Assembly (NCBI GenBank): GCA_035221665.1
Contig: CM069164.1
Location: 18,290,001-18,354,000, forward strand
Origin: Okamejei kenojei
Lineage: Eukaryota
Direction: 5' to 3'
Length of the DNA stretch: 64,000 nt
The notes beneath the pieces were generated by a model, which did no database searches, was not told where the DNA came from, and saw only the letters and a program-made list of their open reading frames with translations. Shown here in pieces: positions 9,315 to 22,100 of the stretch (position 1 is its first letter; every line of letters begins with the position of its first letter). Made by a program: the position numbers and the translations under genes.

Positions 9315-12300
9315 TTTTCTGCCCCCGTACAGTTCTGTATTAGTTACTATAGTAAGACAGTGAAGACAAATGTTCCCGTTTTCTTTCGATGGCAGATTTT
9401 GGAAGAGAATGGTATATAACCGGATGGAATTCGAGACTCTTGATATGTGTGTGTATAAAACAAAAACAATTTGATCGTTTGTATATTTAAAAATAATTTT
9501 CTGTGGTAATATGCCCGTCTATAATATAGGGTTTTTTTCAGACCTTTACCGTGACATTTTTTGCTATTTGCATTCATTTAGCATTTTACATTTGCTGATA
9601 AAGGAATCGAATCATGGAAAATTAAAAACCCGAGGCTATTCAGCGCGTCTTTTTCATCAGTCTAATCCTTCAGTACATCCTTTAGTCTCTTACCTTGAGA
9701 TCAGGTTCTTCCGGCACATGTCCAAGGACATTTAAATACGATAAAAGTTACTATCCTTTTTGGTAGTGAGTTCCAGATCAGGGTCAAAATGTAATGCCTT
9801 TATCACTCTCCTCTTGTCCTAGAAGAATCAATGCTTCATGGCATTTGTGGGTTTTTTTTTTTTGCCCTTCCACGTGGCTGCAGTTGGACATCTTTCTTGC
9901 AGACAGTCGTCAGGGGGACATGGCTACAAATCGGGTCTCTTACATCTCTGACAGGAGGAGCAGAGTTGTGCCGACTGTCATTTATTGCTCTTCTGCCTTT
10001 TCCAGCCATTTGATTAGTTTGATTTCTAATTCCATCTATCATTCACACTGCAAAATTGCAAAAAAGTTATAACTATAGCAGTTCCCAATTCTCTTGGTGT
10101 GGATTCCAGTGATTTCAAAGTTAGACATAAATCGCTATAGTAATTTTGAGTGAATTTAAATGATTTAGGCAGCTGCACATTTGGCCAGGCATTCTCCAAA
10201 GATTTGAAACTTTTAATCCTGAAGAAGAGCATCTGCAGTTGTATGCTGAACCTTCTTTGAGGTAAAAACAAGTGAAAATGTCCAGTTTGGTTTAAGGAAC
10301 ATGGCAGCCTCTGGCTTCAGAATGGTACCAATCGCGTGAGTGCAATGCAACTCGACCTACTGAGAAATAAAGAACGTTGCCTTGCCAACAAAAGGAGCTT
10401 CACCACCGAGTCCAAGCACTGACTCTTATAACTCTTGTATTCTTTTGTCTATGAGGTCACTCTCTAATTATTCTCATTCACTAATTGACCAGATAACCGT
10501 GTTTACAGTTTATCCCCACAGTCACTCCAGTTTTATGCTATCAGATATGTCTCCCTGCCCCCCCCCCCCCCCCAACTTAACAAACTTATTTTGTCTCCTT
10601 ACCAGTTCTGATGAAGTGTCTCTGACATGAAACAGCTCTTGTTTCTTTTCACACAGATGCAATCTAAGCTGCCAAGTATTTACAGCATTTTATGGTTTAA
10701 CAACCTACTCTTTGATGTTATTATAAGGGCTCCAAGAATTTTTTTGGAGCAATGTGTTTTTTCTTGCCATATTTCTCAGTTTAAAAGGAGATTAACTGAA
10801 ACAATATATTCTAAAATGTCTGCTGCAAAGGAAAGGTTGGCTCCCATTAACATTGTCTGACAGGAGGTACTGAAAGTGCAATTCTTATAAACAGTCATGT
10901 GCTCCTGAAATAAACAATCACCACGCACCCTAACCTTCAGAGACAACATGTATCGTTTGGTTATTAATCACTCATGATGATCAGAAAGAACATAGCATTA
11001 CTTACATTTATGATTCATTATAGACAAACAATTATAATTTGAATAAAACCAAAAAGGGTTAATGGATTTAACCAGGGCATCTAGTTAACATCAGGTAAGC
11101 CGTTTAGCAACAAGTTGAAAAACACATTCTCACAGACTGAAATCTTTCTGGACTTTCCAACTCTGAATCAGATCTATGCCAATATCAGGAGAGACTAAAT
11201 GGTGGCGAAGAAGTAGTATACATCAGACAAAGTCAGAGTGGTCAGCGAGTGCTCAAAAATGCTTGAGTCAATGAAGTTTCATGCCATCAGATTAAACATG
11301 GGCAAGGAACCGTAGATTACTGACTGTAGATTAATTGTAGATTACTGACTGCCTCTCCTTTCCCTAGTTGGTTTATCTGTACTACACACTGAACGCCACT
11401 TTAAAGAGTCAGTGGGGATAGGACATGTGCATAACTTAACAACAAGTGTAAGTCGGCATCACCATTATTAACTTTGATGGTCACATTCTGAAAGGCATAT
11501 GTCATATTGGTCTTGTAGGAGGTGGTGAGAAAATCCATGCAAGGGGAAAAAGCTAGTGATCTAACAAAATTAAACTTCATGCATTCACTTTCCAGCAGCC
11601 TGCATGATCATCTGTAGTATCCATTCCCACCACCATCAGCACACCAAGTCTGCAATGTTCACCATTTTTAGGATATACTTATATATAGGGTGGCACAGGC
11701 TCGGTAGAGCTGTTGCCTTACAGCACAAATAAATGAATTAGGAACAGGTCACTTAGGCCTTGAGCAATTGAACACCTGAAAGGATTGTGATATGATTTAG
11801 AGCCAGAGATGAAGGAATGGCAATATAATTCCAGGTGAGTTTGATGTGCTGTTTTGTAGGAAAACCTGCAGCTGATGGGGACAAGAGACTGCAGGTGCTG
11901 GAATCTTGGCAATAACATTTTTGAACCTGCAGGTGATGGTATTATCACATATTCATTGACCATGTCTTTATGGATGACAAAAGTCACATTTTGGGAAGTG
12001 TTAAAGCAGCCCAATCAAACATAATTTTAAATCTTTCCAAATATTTACACATTTGTTCTTCTTTTGCCTTCTCTAAATAACAAATCTATGACTGGGTTCT
12101 CAAAACACACACCTATGTATAGAGAGGACACTGGAAAAATAAATCTGCTTGCTGGCCTTCAAAACTTTCCGCACAATACTGCTCCAACAGAATTGCAAGC
12201 ATTCATATTTGCAGACCTCCCAACATTTGATTGTCAAAATTCATAATATTTCCCCTCAAAATTCATATTTTTAAATGAAAATTCATAATATGTCGCGGCG

Positions 12301-12603
12301 CCCTATTCGGGGTCCCATGTCACAAATTCTAAATTGTGAAGAAGTATTTTAAATGCCAAAATGTGAAAAAGGTACATGTATGCTGAAACATTTATAATTC
12401 TTTGTTAAACTTTGATAAACTTGGCACTAGACTCACCTTAATTTCTCTCACTTGGGGTTGTTGCCGGCGGCTATGCGCCTGCGCACTGGTGCAGACCGGC
12501 GGGCGGGTGCGGCACATGCGCACTTGGCCAGGTTGCCGGCGGGTCTGCGCCTGCGCGGGGGGGGGGGGGGGGGGGGGGGGGGGGGAGGCCCGGTGATGGG
12601 GCT

Positions 12604-12822
12604 TTAAAGAAGGAACTGCAGATGCTGGAGAATCGAGGGTACACAAAAAGCTGGAGAAACTCAGCGGGTGCAGCAGCATCTAAGGAGCGAAGGAGATAGG
12701 CGACGTTTCGGGTCGAGACCCTTCTTCAGCTAGAAGAAGGGTCTCGACCCGAAACGTCGCCTATCTCCTTCGCTCCTTAGATGCTGCTGCACCCGCTGAG
12801 TTTCTCCAGCTTTTTGTGTACC
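12604..12822. mobile_element. Penelope-like insertion with inverted terminal segments, nested in the DNA transposon
   Basis: 15-bp TSD CCCGGTGATGGGGCT at 12589-12603 and 12823-12837. Arms 12637-12727 and 12733-12823 are perfect reverse complements. Confidence 0.85.
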
Positions 12823-12937
12823 CCCGGTGATGGGGCTGCCGCGAGCGGCCGGCTGCCGGCAAGAAAGTGCCGCTGATCGCGCGGGCCGGCGCCGCCCGGG
12901 CTCTGGGCCGAGCGTGGCGTGGCTCGAAATGGCGCCA

Positions 12938-13070
12938 GGCCCGGCAACCCTCCCCCACTGCGCACGCGCGGCCACTGGGGCCCGGCAACCCTCCCCCACT
13001 GCGCACGCGCGGCCACTAGGGCCCGGCAACCCTCCCCCACTGCGCACGCGCGGCCACTAGGGCCCGGCAA
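12938..13070. repeat. 41-bp GC-rich minisatellite, about 3.2 copies
   Basis: Unit GGCCCGGCAACCCTCCCCCACTGCGCACGCGCGGCCACTRG starts at 12938, 12979, 13020 and partially at 13061. Confidence 0.92.
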
Positions 13071-16000
13071 AGTGCCGCTGATCGCGCGGGCCGGCAAACC
13101 GGGGACACATGGCGCCGGCGTTCACCACGGGAGGAAGAATTTAGCGGGATAATTAGGGTTCAAATCGGGATGGCGGGAAGGGAACCTAAAAAGCGGGAAT
13201 ATCCCGCCAAAAGCGGGATAGTTGGGAGGTCTGTATTTGTCTCATCTTGATGGGTCCAAGTTAAGTTGTTTTCTTTTCAATTTCCTTCTTTATAACGTTA
13301 ACTTTTAACCAGTTACAACACACTGGTACTCGACACAAGTTTCTGTTTTTATGCATGTAACCTCCACATGAGCTTCAGGCTGTGAAACGGAGGCCAGTGA
13401 CAATACTTGCTGGTCAATTTGATTGCTAATCATGTCCATCTTGTGACCATAAAACCACAAAAAGTGCAAACAGGACAAAGTCCAAATTATCAAATCATCT
13501 TTTTTCCCCATTTGTATTCTAGAAACAGGCTAACAATGGATGCGCCAGAGCGGAAAAAAATCAGAACTGTGTCTTTTTCAAAAGATTTCAGTTGTGTCTG
13601 TATTGTACGATATTTTTCAATTTAATAATTGTAATTCTAAGCAAATGATAGATTCCATTGTCCAAATTTATTTGGACATATCATAGAAGTAGAGTAAGAG
13701 TCATACAGTATGGAAAGAAGACCTTTGGCCCAACTCATCCACGTTGAACAAGGTGCCTTCCTGATCTCAAAACCAAATACTGGCCGGTCAAGCAACAAGC
13801 ATGGAAGCAAATGGACAGACGACATTTCGAGTTGGGGTCCTTTTTCAATCTGGATTTCCCTCCACAGATGCTGCCTGATCCACCGAGTTTTTCTTCAACA
13901 TTGCACACTAGCATTCTTTTGTGTTACCTTCCTGATGTATTCACTTGTTTGTATTTGGACAATAACCCTCCAAGCATTTCCTATCTATGAACCTGACCAA
14001 GTCTTTTAAACGGCATAATCGTATCACTTCCTCTGGTGGCTCATTCAATATATTCACCGCCCTCTGTGTGAAAAGATATCCTTTTAAATCCTTACCATTT
14101 CACCGTAAATCTATGCCTTAGATTTCTAGACTCCCTGACCCATGCAAAAAGATTGTTACTGTGCTCCTTATCTATGCCCCTCATGATTTTACAAACCTCG
14201 ATAACGTCACATGTGAACCACAATTTCACAGGTGCAATGATACATTTAACTAGACTAAGACATCATTAACCAATGTAATAATTGCAACATAATAGTTTAT
14301 TGTAATATTATCAAATCATGATTTTTCTTGGTCCAGTTCAATATAAAATTATATTTATCAATAAAATACTTCAGGTTATATCTTGGAAATACTTTTGAAA
14401 AATGCAGGGCTATTATGGCATTATGACTATTAATAGATCATTTTGAAATAAAACCTGAACACCTTAATCCACCAAGAGTTTAATGTTAAAGTTATATTGT
14501 CTGCATTGGTGTTGGTCTAACCTTTAATTTACATCAACTATTTGTCCTCAATGCTTTTATTGCTTATCATGTCGAAAACATAGCTGACAGTTGAGTTAAT
14601 TCCAGTCTTCTATCCTTGTCTTTTAACACTTTTACTATTTATATTCATTCATATATTACAGGATTCTCCTTTCAAACAAAATAAATATTTAATTGATTTA
14701 ACATTTTGTGTTTAAAAAGATTCCTAAATGAACACGACAATATAGACAGTATCTTTCCCGTTTACCCATTCCAAAGTATACTGTGTGGTGTTTTCAGAAA
14801 GACTTTGCAACATCTTTCAAGACTTTATAACATTTATTTATTTTAAAATAATAATATGAATTAAAAGTAGTTTGTATTTAGTTGAATTATTCAAATTTAC
14901 TAAATGCGCCATTGTTGCATTATTAATCTATTTCAATTCCTTGGGTGGTAAAATATCAAATTATAGGGTATTCCAAAACTTTATGAACATTTATTGTTGT
15001 TTGGCAAATATCAGAAGCATCGAAGTCCATCTCAGACTGCTTACAAAAATTAACAGGAAACATTAAAGATTTGACTCTTTGGGTAAAATAGCCACAGCAC
15101 AGAAACAGGCCCTTTGACCCATCGGGTCTGTGCCAACCAACCAATTCTACTAATCCTAGTGTATTTAATTCTCTACTAAATCCAATCAGCCCTCTCTACC
15201 CTCAGATTCTACTCAACAGAATTCTACTTCTTACACCTATTACACACAATAGGTGCAAGAAGAACTGCAGATGCTGGTTTACACTGAAGACAGACACAAA
15301 ATGCTGGAGTTACTCCGCAGGTCGCAGAGCATCTCTGGAGAAAAGGAATAGGTGGCGTTTCGGGTCAAGACCCTTCATCAGGATCTGAGTTACTCCTGCA
15401 TTTTCTGTCTATCTACACAATATTGATAATTTACAGCAACCAATTAACCTACCAACTTGTAAATTTTTGAGAGATGGAAGGAAAATGGAACACCGGGAGA
15501 AACCAGGAAGTCAAAGGGGGAACGTGCAAACTCCTCATAGACAGGTCATGCTTGAACCCAGGTCTTATTTGGTCCCAAAAAGTGCTGAACTAGTTTCTAT
15601 AGTAAGTTTCTGTGCAACATATTGACCGAGAAAACAAATAATTCCACCACTGTGCATTGGAAGAGTGACATACAAGGTCCCCGGTGCATGAATATCTGTG
15701 ATCTGGAACGTGTAACAAAAAGTGTGATTATTCTTAAAAACTTGTTTTTTGGTAGCAACATGGTAACCGGCAATCTTATTTAGATAAAGGAATAGAAATA
15801 CATCTCTACCTAGACAATGCTCAGCTCGTAAATGAATGTTCATGAATCCAAAATAGCATTCAACTTTGCTTCATGCAAGTAGAATAGCACCAATATTTAA
15901 TGCTGGCCATCTTATTTAAACATTATTGTCACCTTACGACAAATTCAGAATCCCCTGAGAAAGTAAAAAGATGCCTGGTTTTGATGCTGTCATGAATTAC

Positions 16001-16087
16001 AAATCTTTGTAAGTCTTAACAAAAATGAAAAATATAGATATAAGGTAGTTAACTATCTATTAATCCGAGACATTTTTCATATTGCTT

Positions 16088-16197
16088 TCACGGTTCAGGA
16101 GGATTTCCTTGAATCACTCGACGTATCTTCTCTGCATCTGCTCGTATTGTAGTGTTGCTTGGGTTAATCTTGAGAGCTGCTTCATAATCTTGAAGAC
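16088..16197 (-). CDS. DNAAF4: DNAAF4 coding exon 9 (last)
   Basis: cag|GT CTT CAA: (G)[35 protein letters not shown], 110 nt. Confidence 0.93.
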
Positions 16198-19100
16198 CTG
16201 TCAAAGTACAAATTAAAGCATCTGCTGACAAATAAAAATAATGTAAATACCAAGACTTCAGGAACCGTCCACCTTGAATCACTAGAGTAGACTGGCTTAC
16301 AAAAACAATTATTGATAATGAGGGAGCTTCAGTCATCTTGGGCAAGGAAAAGGAAAAAATAATCTGGGTTACATTTCCAGTTCAACAAGCAGCCCCAGAT
16401 AGATGTGTTCCATTGTCACTCAGCAATGACATTAAAGCTTGGTTATACCACATCTATCATCCTCACAAACATTTGTCCTTACAAGTTACAACACTACTTT
16501 CATAAAAGGAAACGTAAAGAGCAAAAAATACTGAAAAAGTGATCACTAATGCAAGTAAATGTCTACGGTAGTATCCAATATTTCTAACTATATATGTCAA
16601 CACAAATATGATACACGTAAATTTTAAAAGATTCTCTTACCCTCCACATACAATTCCAACTCACAAAATGCTGTCCCTCTTCTAACATGGGCCTTCAGTC
16701 TGCTATCAGCATTGTCTGGAACTGCAGGAGTTAATAAATCAAGTGCCTATGAGAAAGAAAAAACTATTCAAAATTCAAACTGGAGCTAAGAAATAGATGG
16801 CTTTTAAAGTTTCAAAAATTTATTTTCTAATTTTTTTAATTCTTGAGAGAAGAATGGTAGGGTTTAAACAATTGCTTTCTCCAAGACTTCAAGAAATTGC
16901 AGTGGAGTGAATGCAGCCCAGTCCATCATGCAAACCAGCCTGCCCCAATTGACTCGATCGCCACTTCACATGCTGCCTCGGGAACGTAGCCAACATAATC
17001 AAGGACCACTCATACTCTGGTTATTCCATCTTCTCCCCTCACCCATCAGGCACTGCATACAAAAGCTTGAAAGCACATATTACCAGATTCAAGAACAGCG
17101 TCTTCCCCATTATTATTAGACGCTTAAACGGACTTCTTATCTGCTAGGGATGAATTCCCAATTTTCCACACTATCACACTGTGGCCCCTGCACTTAAAAA
17201 AAAAATCTGCACTTTCTTTGTATATTCTGCACTGTTTATTTTCTCTTTTACACTTCCTCATGTACTCATGCCTCGATAGCATGCAAAATAAAGTTATTCA
17301 ATATATATCACGCGTGTGACAATAATAGTAATGAACCAATAAATGCATTTATGATTTTATCACATTTAAGATATACAACAACGACCAGCATTATCTTTTG
17401 GAGGCTATTTCTGTACAGAATAACTGACACATAGCAGTTGATTTTACTTACAGCAATGTAGCATTGTAAATAATCTAGTTGTCACACCATGTGTAGGAGC
17501 AGAGAGTATTGCATCACTTCAAAGATAAATCTCATTAACATGTAGTACTCAATATTACCAGCCTCAGCTTTTGCCCCATTTGGTCAGCAAGAAAGCACAG
17601 TAAAATATGTTTTTAAATTTACTTTCCCAGGCCTCTTATGAGCAGCAACTCTTCCTCTCTGCAAATATTTTGTTACTGTTCCCACACTCAGGCTACGGGT
17701 TAAAATAGCAAATCTGGTCCCGTTGACATAATTGGAACTTAATCTGCAAATTTTAAAGAGGACCTAACCACTTTTGCCTGGAAGCCATTATTGCTTACAA
17801 TGTAGTGAGCTGCATAATGAAAAGTAAAGGAATGAATAGGTTATCTACAGGCTATCCTCTGAGAAAGAAATATAATTCACAAAAACATAAAAGGGAAAAT
17901 GAGCAAAAAAGCATAACAAATTTACTGTCTTATTTTGTCGAATAATGCAAGAGACCTAGGGTTGTTGTGACCAATCCAAAATCGAAAACTCAGTTGACAG
18001 AGCAGGATTCTAAATTTAAATAGAAACTATATGATTAATCTTTGCTATTTTTGTGAATCTGATTTGCAAGAACTAACCTTGGAACAGTCTTCAAGGGCTT
18101 TGTGTAAATTTCTTAGCTTAAGGTGGGTTGCAGCCCGATTTAGATACAAAGCTGGAAGTTTGTTGTTCAATCTTATTCCCAAATTATAAGCATTAATAGC
18201 TGCAAGATAATCCCCTGAAGCAAACAGCTTGCTGAAAAAGGAAGACAATGTTTGAGCAACCATGATAAAGCTGAACTATAGCTCATTGCAGAACAGTTAA
18301 TCAGATCTTCATAGATCAGAAAAAGGAAAGCAACCATAAATTGTGATATTTCACTCCAGTTAATAGCAAACTACAATCTCCGTGTCCCCAAATGTCTTTT
18401 TGACTGTACACATATAATAGCCAGATCATCATTCTTGTAAAGGATTGGCACCATCATAGAACATAGAATAGTACAATGCAGGAACGGGCTCTTCAGCCCA
18501 CCATGCCTGTGCCAACCAGATGCTAATCTAAACTAATCACATCTGTCCGCACATGCTCTGCATCCCTCTATTCTCTGACTGCAGTTTCCAGGCACCATCA
18601 CTCTTTGTGTAAAGAATTTGCCCAGTAAATTGCATTTAAACTTTCCTCCTCTCAGTTTATACATGTGCCCAAGTATTTGTCATTGCTACTCTATCTATGT
18701 CTCAACTTTTCTGTAGATCACAAAAAAACTGGAAATGATAGAATTTAATCATGAGTGATTTTAATCAAGCGGACAGAAAAAATAACAGTGGAAAATCTGG
18801 AAAGTGGTGTATATTTATATTTTAATATACTCTATCAGTGGCACTGTTGCCTGAGGAGGAAGGTTATGGACCCAGCATATCTTCATATAATCTTCAGGCA
18901 GTCAGTTTGGGCAAGATTTGCTGCATAGTGATTAAAAGAAGAAACTGGATAATTTTCCCTTTTGCAATCCAAAGTTATAATAACTCATTTTTGACTCCCC
19001 ACAAGTCAGCTTGGGTAAGGGCAGTTAGCTTTATCAGGCTGGGATTTTTTCTGAGACATCCAAGATTTATTTGACTCACTTTGATACACCTGGCCAGGTA

Positions 19101-22100
19101 TTGTAGGAATGAGAACATAAATACAAATGCTTTCATAACTTACTTCCCTTTGTCCTTCAGCCATTCTGGATTTTTTTCTTCCTCTTTTAAATCTTTAAGG
19201 TCAGGGGCATCTGCATTATTGGCTCGCCTAGCCTCTGCTTGTTTTCTTAGCCACTGTAAATAGAAAAATAAAAATAGTTAATGACCAATGGATCTTAACT
19301 GCCATGGATCATGCAGATTATTAATTAAATATAATCATGAATCCACAGCACACAATCAGGCCCTTCAGCACACCATGTCCATGTTGTCCATCAAGTTCTC
19401 ATCTATGCTCGTCCCATGTATCAGCATTTGGTCTGTAGCCTTTCATGCTCTGGCAACTAGGACATCCGGTGGCGCTGTTGATGGCTGTCTCTGCCTGCAG
19501 TCTGTTTGTCTCTTTAGTGTGTTTAAATTGTGTTTTAAATTATTTTTTAGTGTTTTATGTGGGGGAGGGGGGTAGGGTAAGGGGGAAACCGCCTTCAGTC
19601 ACTTCCTGGCGAGGATGCGACTATTATCAGAATCGCGCCCTCGTCCCCCTATGCGCGGCCTACCACTGGATTGGCTCGGCCGGGACCGGACCAGAGCTTC
19701 AGCAGCGTCGGCGCAACGCTGGATGCTTCCCGGAGCGGGCAATATCTCACCTGGGATCGTCATTTGAGGCTCCGGAGTGCTGGGCCTGCTGCACCGACAT
19801 CGCCGAACTGTGGTTCGCAGACCTCCCAGCGCGGGCGGCGCTGACCAACATCGCGGAGCCTTGGGACCCTTTGCCGGGGTCGCCAGCATTGAATCTCTGC
19901 CCAGCTCGGCCTGTGGACTTCGGGAGCCACGGACTCCAGTGGGAGGTTGCCGATTCAGAGGTCTAGGCCGCTGAGGATGTTCTTCCGCCCGACTTCGGGG
20001 TTCCATCGTTCCCGGCGAGAGGGCCTGAACATCGGGCTGCCTGTAGCGGTGACTGCGGTGGGCTCAGGAGGCCGCGACCATGGGTGAACATCGGGGAACA
20101 TCAGCGAGGAGGTTGACTGGATTTTGGTTCCTTCCCTCACAGTGGGGAACTTTGGTGCCGCTGTGGGGATGTTTGCGTTGTGGACTATTCTGTTCTGTGT
20201 TTTTGTTTTTTTTATTCATACGACTGTATGGGAAATAGCATTTTGTTGTCTCTTACTTGAAGACAATGACAATAAAATTGAATCAAATCAATCAAATCAA
20301 ATTAAACTGCTCATTCAAATATATCTTAAATGTTCTGAGAGTACCTGTCTCCACTGTCCTCACTGGCAGTGCATTCCAGATTATTATCACCCACTGGATG
20401 AAAGAAGTTCCTTCTCCAATCTCCTCAAATCACTGCTTTGTGGAAAGGTTTCCTTGTTTCCTACCTATACTTTCATAACTTTCATGCATACATTTACATG
20501 GTTTCCCATCACACTCTGCTCCAGCAAAATAAACCCAGCCCGCACAATCTTGGCTCATTGCTAAAATGCTTCACCCTAGGCAACATTCTTGTTAAGTAAA
20601 GAACTCTGCGTGCCGGTTTATACCGAAAATAGACACAAATGCTGGAGTAACTACAGCATTTTGTGACTAACATTCATGTGAATCTCCTCTGCACTTACCA
20701 CATTGCAGTCAAGTCCTTCCTACCATATGACAACAAGAACTGCACTTAGTACTCGAGCTGTAGCCTAACCATTGTTTTCTAAAATTATACCATAACCTAC
20801 CTGCCCTTAAATTATATGCTACACCCAATGAAAGCAAATATCCTAAGCAACTTCTTCACCACTTTATCTACTTATGCTGCTGCCTTCAGAGATCCTTGAA
20901 CTTGCCTTCGAAAGCCCCCCACTCCCGTTCGTTATTCCACCCCAAGCGCCTGCTATGCTTTGAAGAGGCACCTTATTAGTCCTTGCAAGCTGCAGACACC
21001 TCTTGTTATCAAGATTACATTTAATCTTCCGTTGCACTGGCCATTCTACCAAATGATCAATTACATCCTGTAGCCTATGACTAATTGCCTCATTGTCAAT
21101 GACACTGCCAATTTTTATATAATCTGTAAACTTAATAATCAGAACACTAACATTCAAAACCAAATTATTGAGAAGATTATTTGCAACGGTGAGATGTGAA
21201 ATAGATGAAAGAAACATTTGTGTGCAAGTTTAATTATAGCACCTGCAGATCTTCCCTGGGCCACAACATACCAGCACAAGCAAAGGCCCAGAACAGTCTC
21301 TCTTCTTGTGCTGTGGATGGGAAATTGCATGTGGATTGAAAAAGAGGGAGAAAAAGGTAACCAAACTGTAAAAGAATCAGTTACACACATCGTTCAATCT
21401 CAATTCATACTCTGAAATGCTACATTTTCTTTTACTTCCCTTTTTTCCAAAATGACAGATTTTTATAGAAATTAACAGAAAATAGTAAGCTCCATTGTTT
21501 CCATTTTATTTGAACAGTCATCTGAAAATCAATACCTTAATCAAATATATCAGTTTCCAAATGGACATGATTAACTATGTACAAACAAATGTTTCAAAAC
21601 TTGTGGATTAATAAAACAAGTTTTCCTGTAATCAACTTCCAAATGGTTTTGAAACATTTTCACAGAATCCTTACCTCCTCTTCCTCAGCAATGAGGGATT
21701 CTCGCAGCGCAGTAGGAAAAACCCGCGGTGTGAATTGTATTTGTATAGTGCCCGCTGAACGCGGACATGGTATGATTTTTTCCTTCGAGTTTTCAGAAAA
21801 TATATCGCCAGCATTGCCTGCAATGAAATCCTGATTAGAAGTTTATCATCAAATACCATCCTGTAAATTTGACATTAAAAAAAAAAAAAACAGGTGCATG
21901 ATCAATAAAATTAACAAAAGGCAACATATTTCTATTTGGTATAGATATTTCAAGAAATAATCTCTTTCTTGTGCTTAAGATATAAAACAAGGAATTTGAT
22001 CAAGCAATAGGATCTGCTTATACTATGCATAAAACTAGATCTACTTTTACAGCCCTATTTAATCTTCGCTGATAATGTGGTCTTGACATTCAAACTCAGT

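Larger units (their letters stand above)
12212..13233. mobile_element. Non-autonomous DNA transposon, 13-bp TIRs and 6-bp TSD (atypical hAT-like)
   Basis: CAGACCTCCCAAC (12212-12224) and GTTGGGAGGTCTG (13221-13233) are perfect inverted repeats. TATTTG is duplicated at 12206-12211 and 13234-13239. GC-rich interior. Confidence 0.85.

Noticed and set aside
12938-13070. CRISPR-like array
   Set aside because: The units are head-to-tail with no unique spacers, no cas genes are present, and the context is eukaryotic.
12300-13200. CpG island as a host gene promoter, and the repeated ORFs MRSGGGLPGPSGRACAVGEGCRA
   Set aside because: The region lies wholly inside a TIR/TSD-bounded transposon, and the ORFs are translations of the 41-bp minisatellite.
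19445-20140. 173-aa and 135-aa GC-rich ORFs in a DNAAF4 intron as a nested gene
   Set aside because: They fall within a tailed retroposon-like block and show no recognisable protein features.
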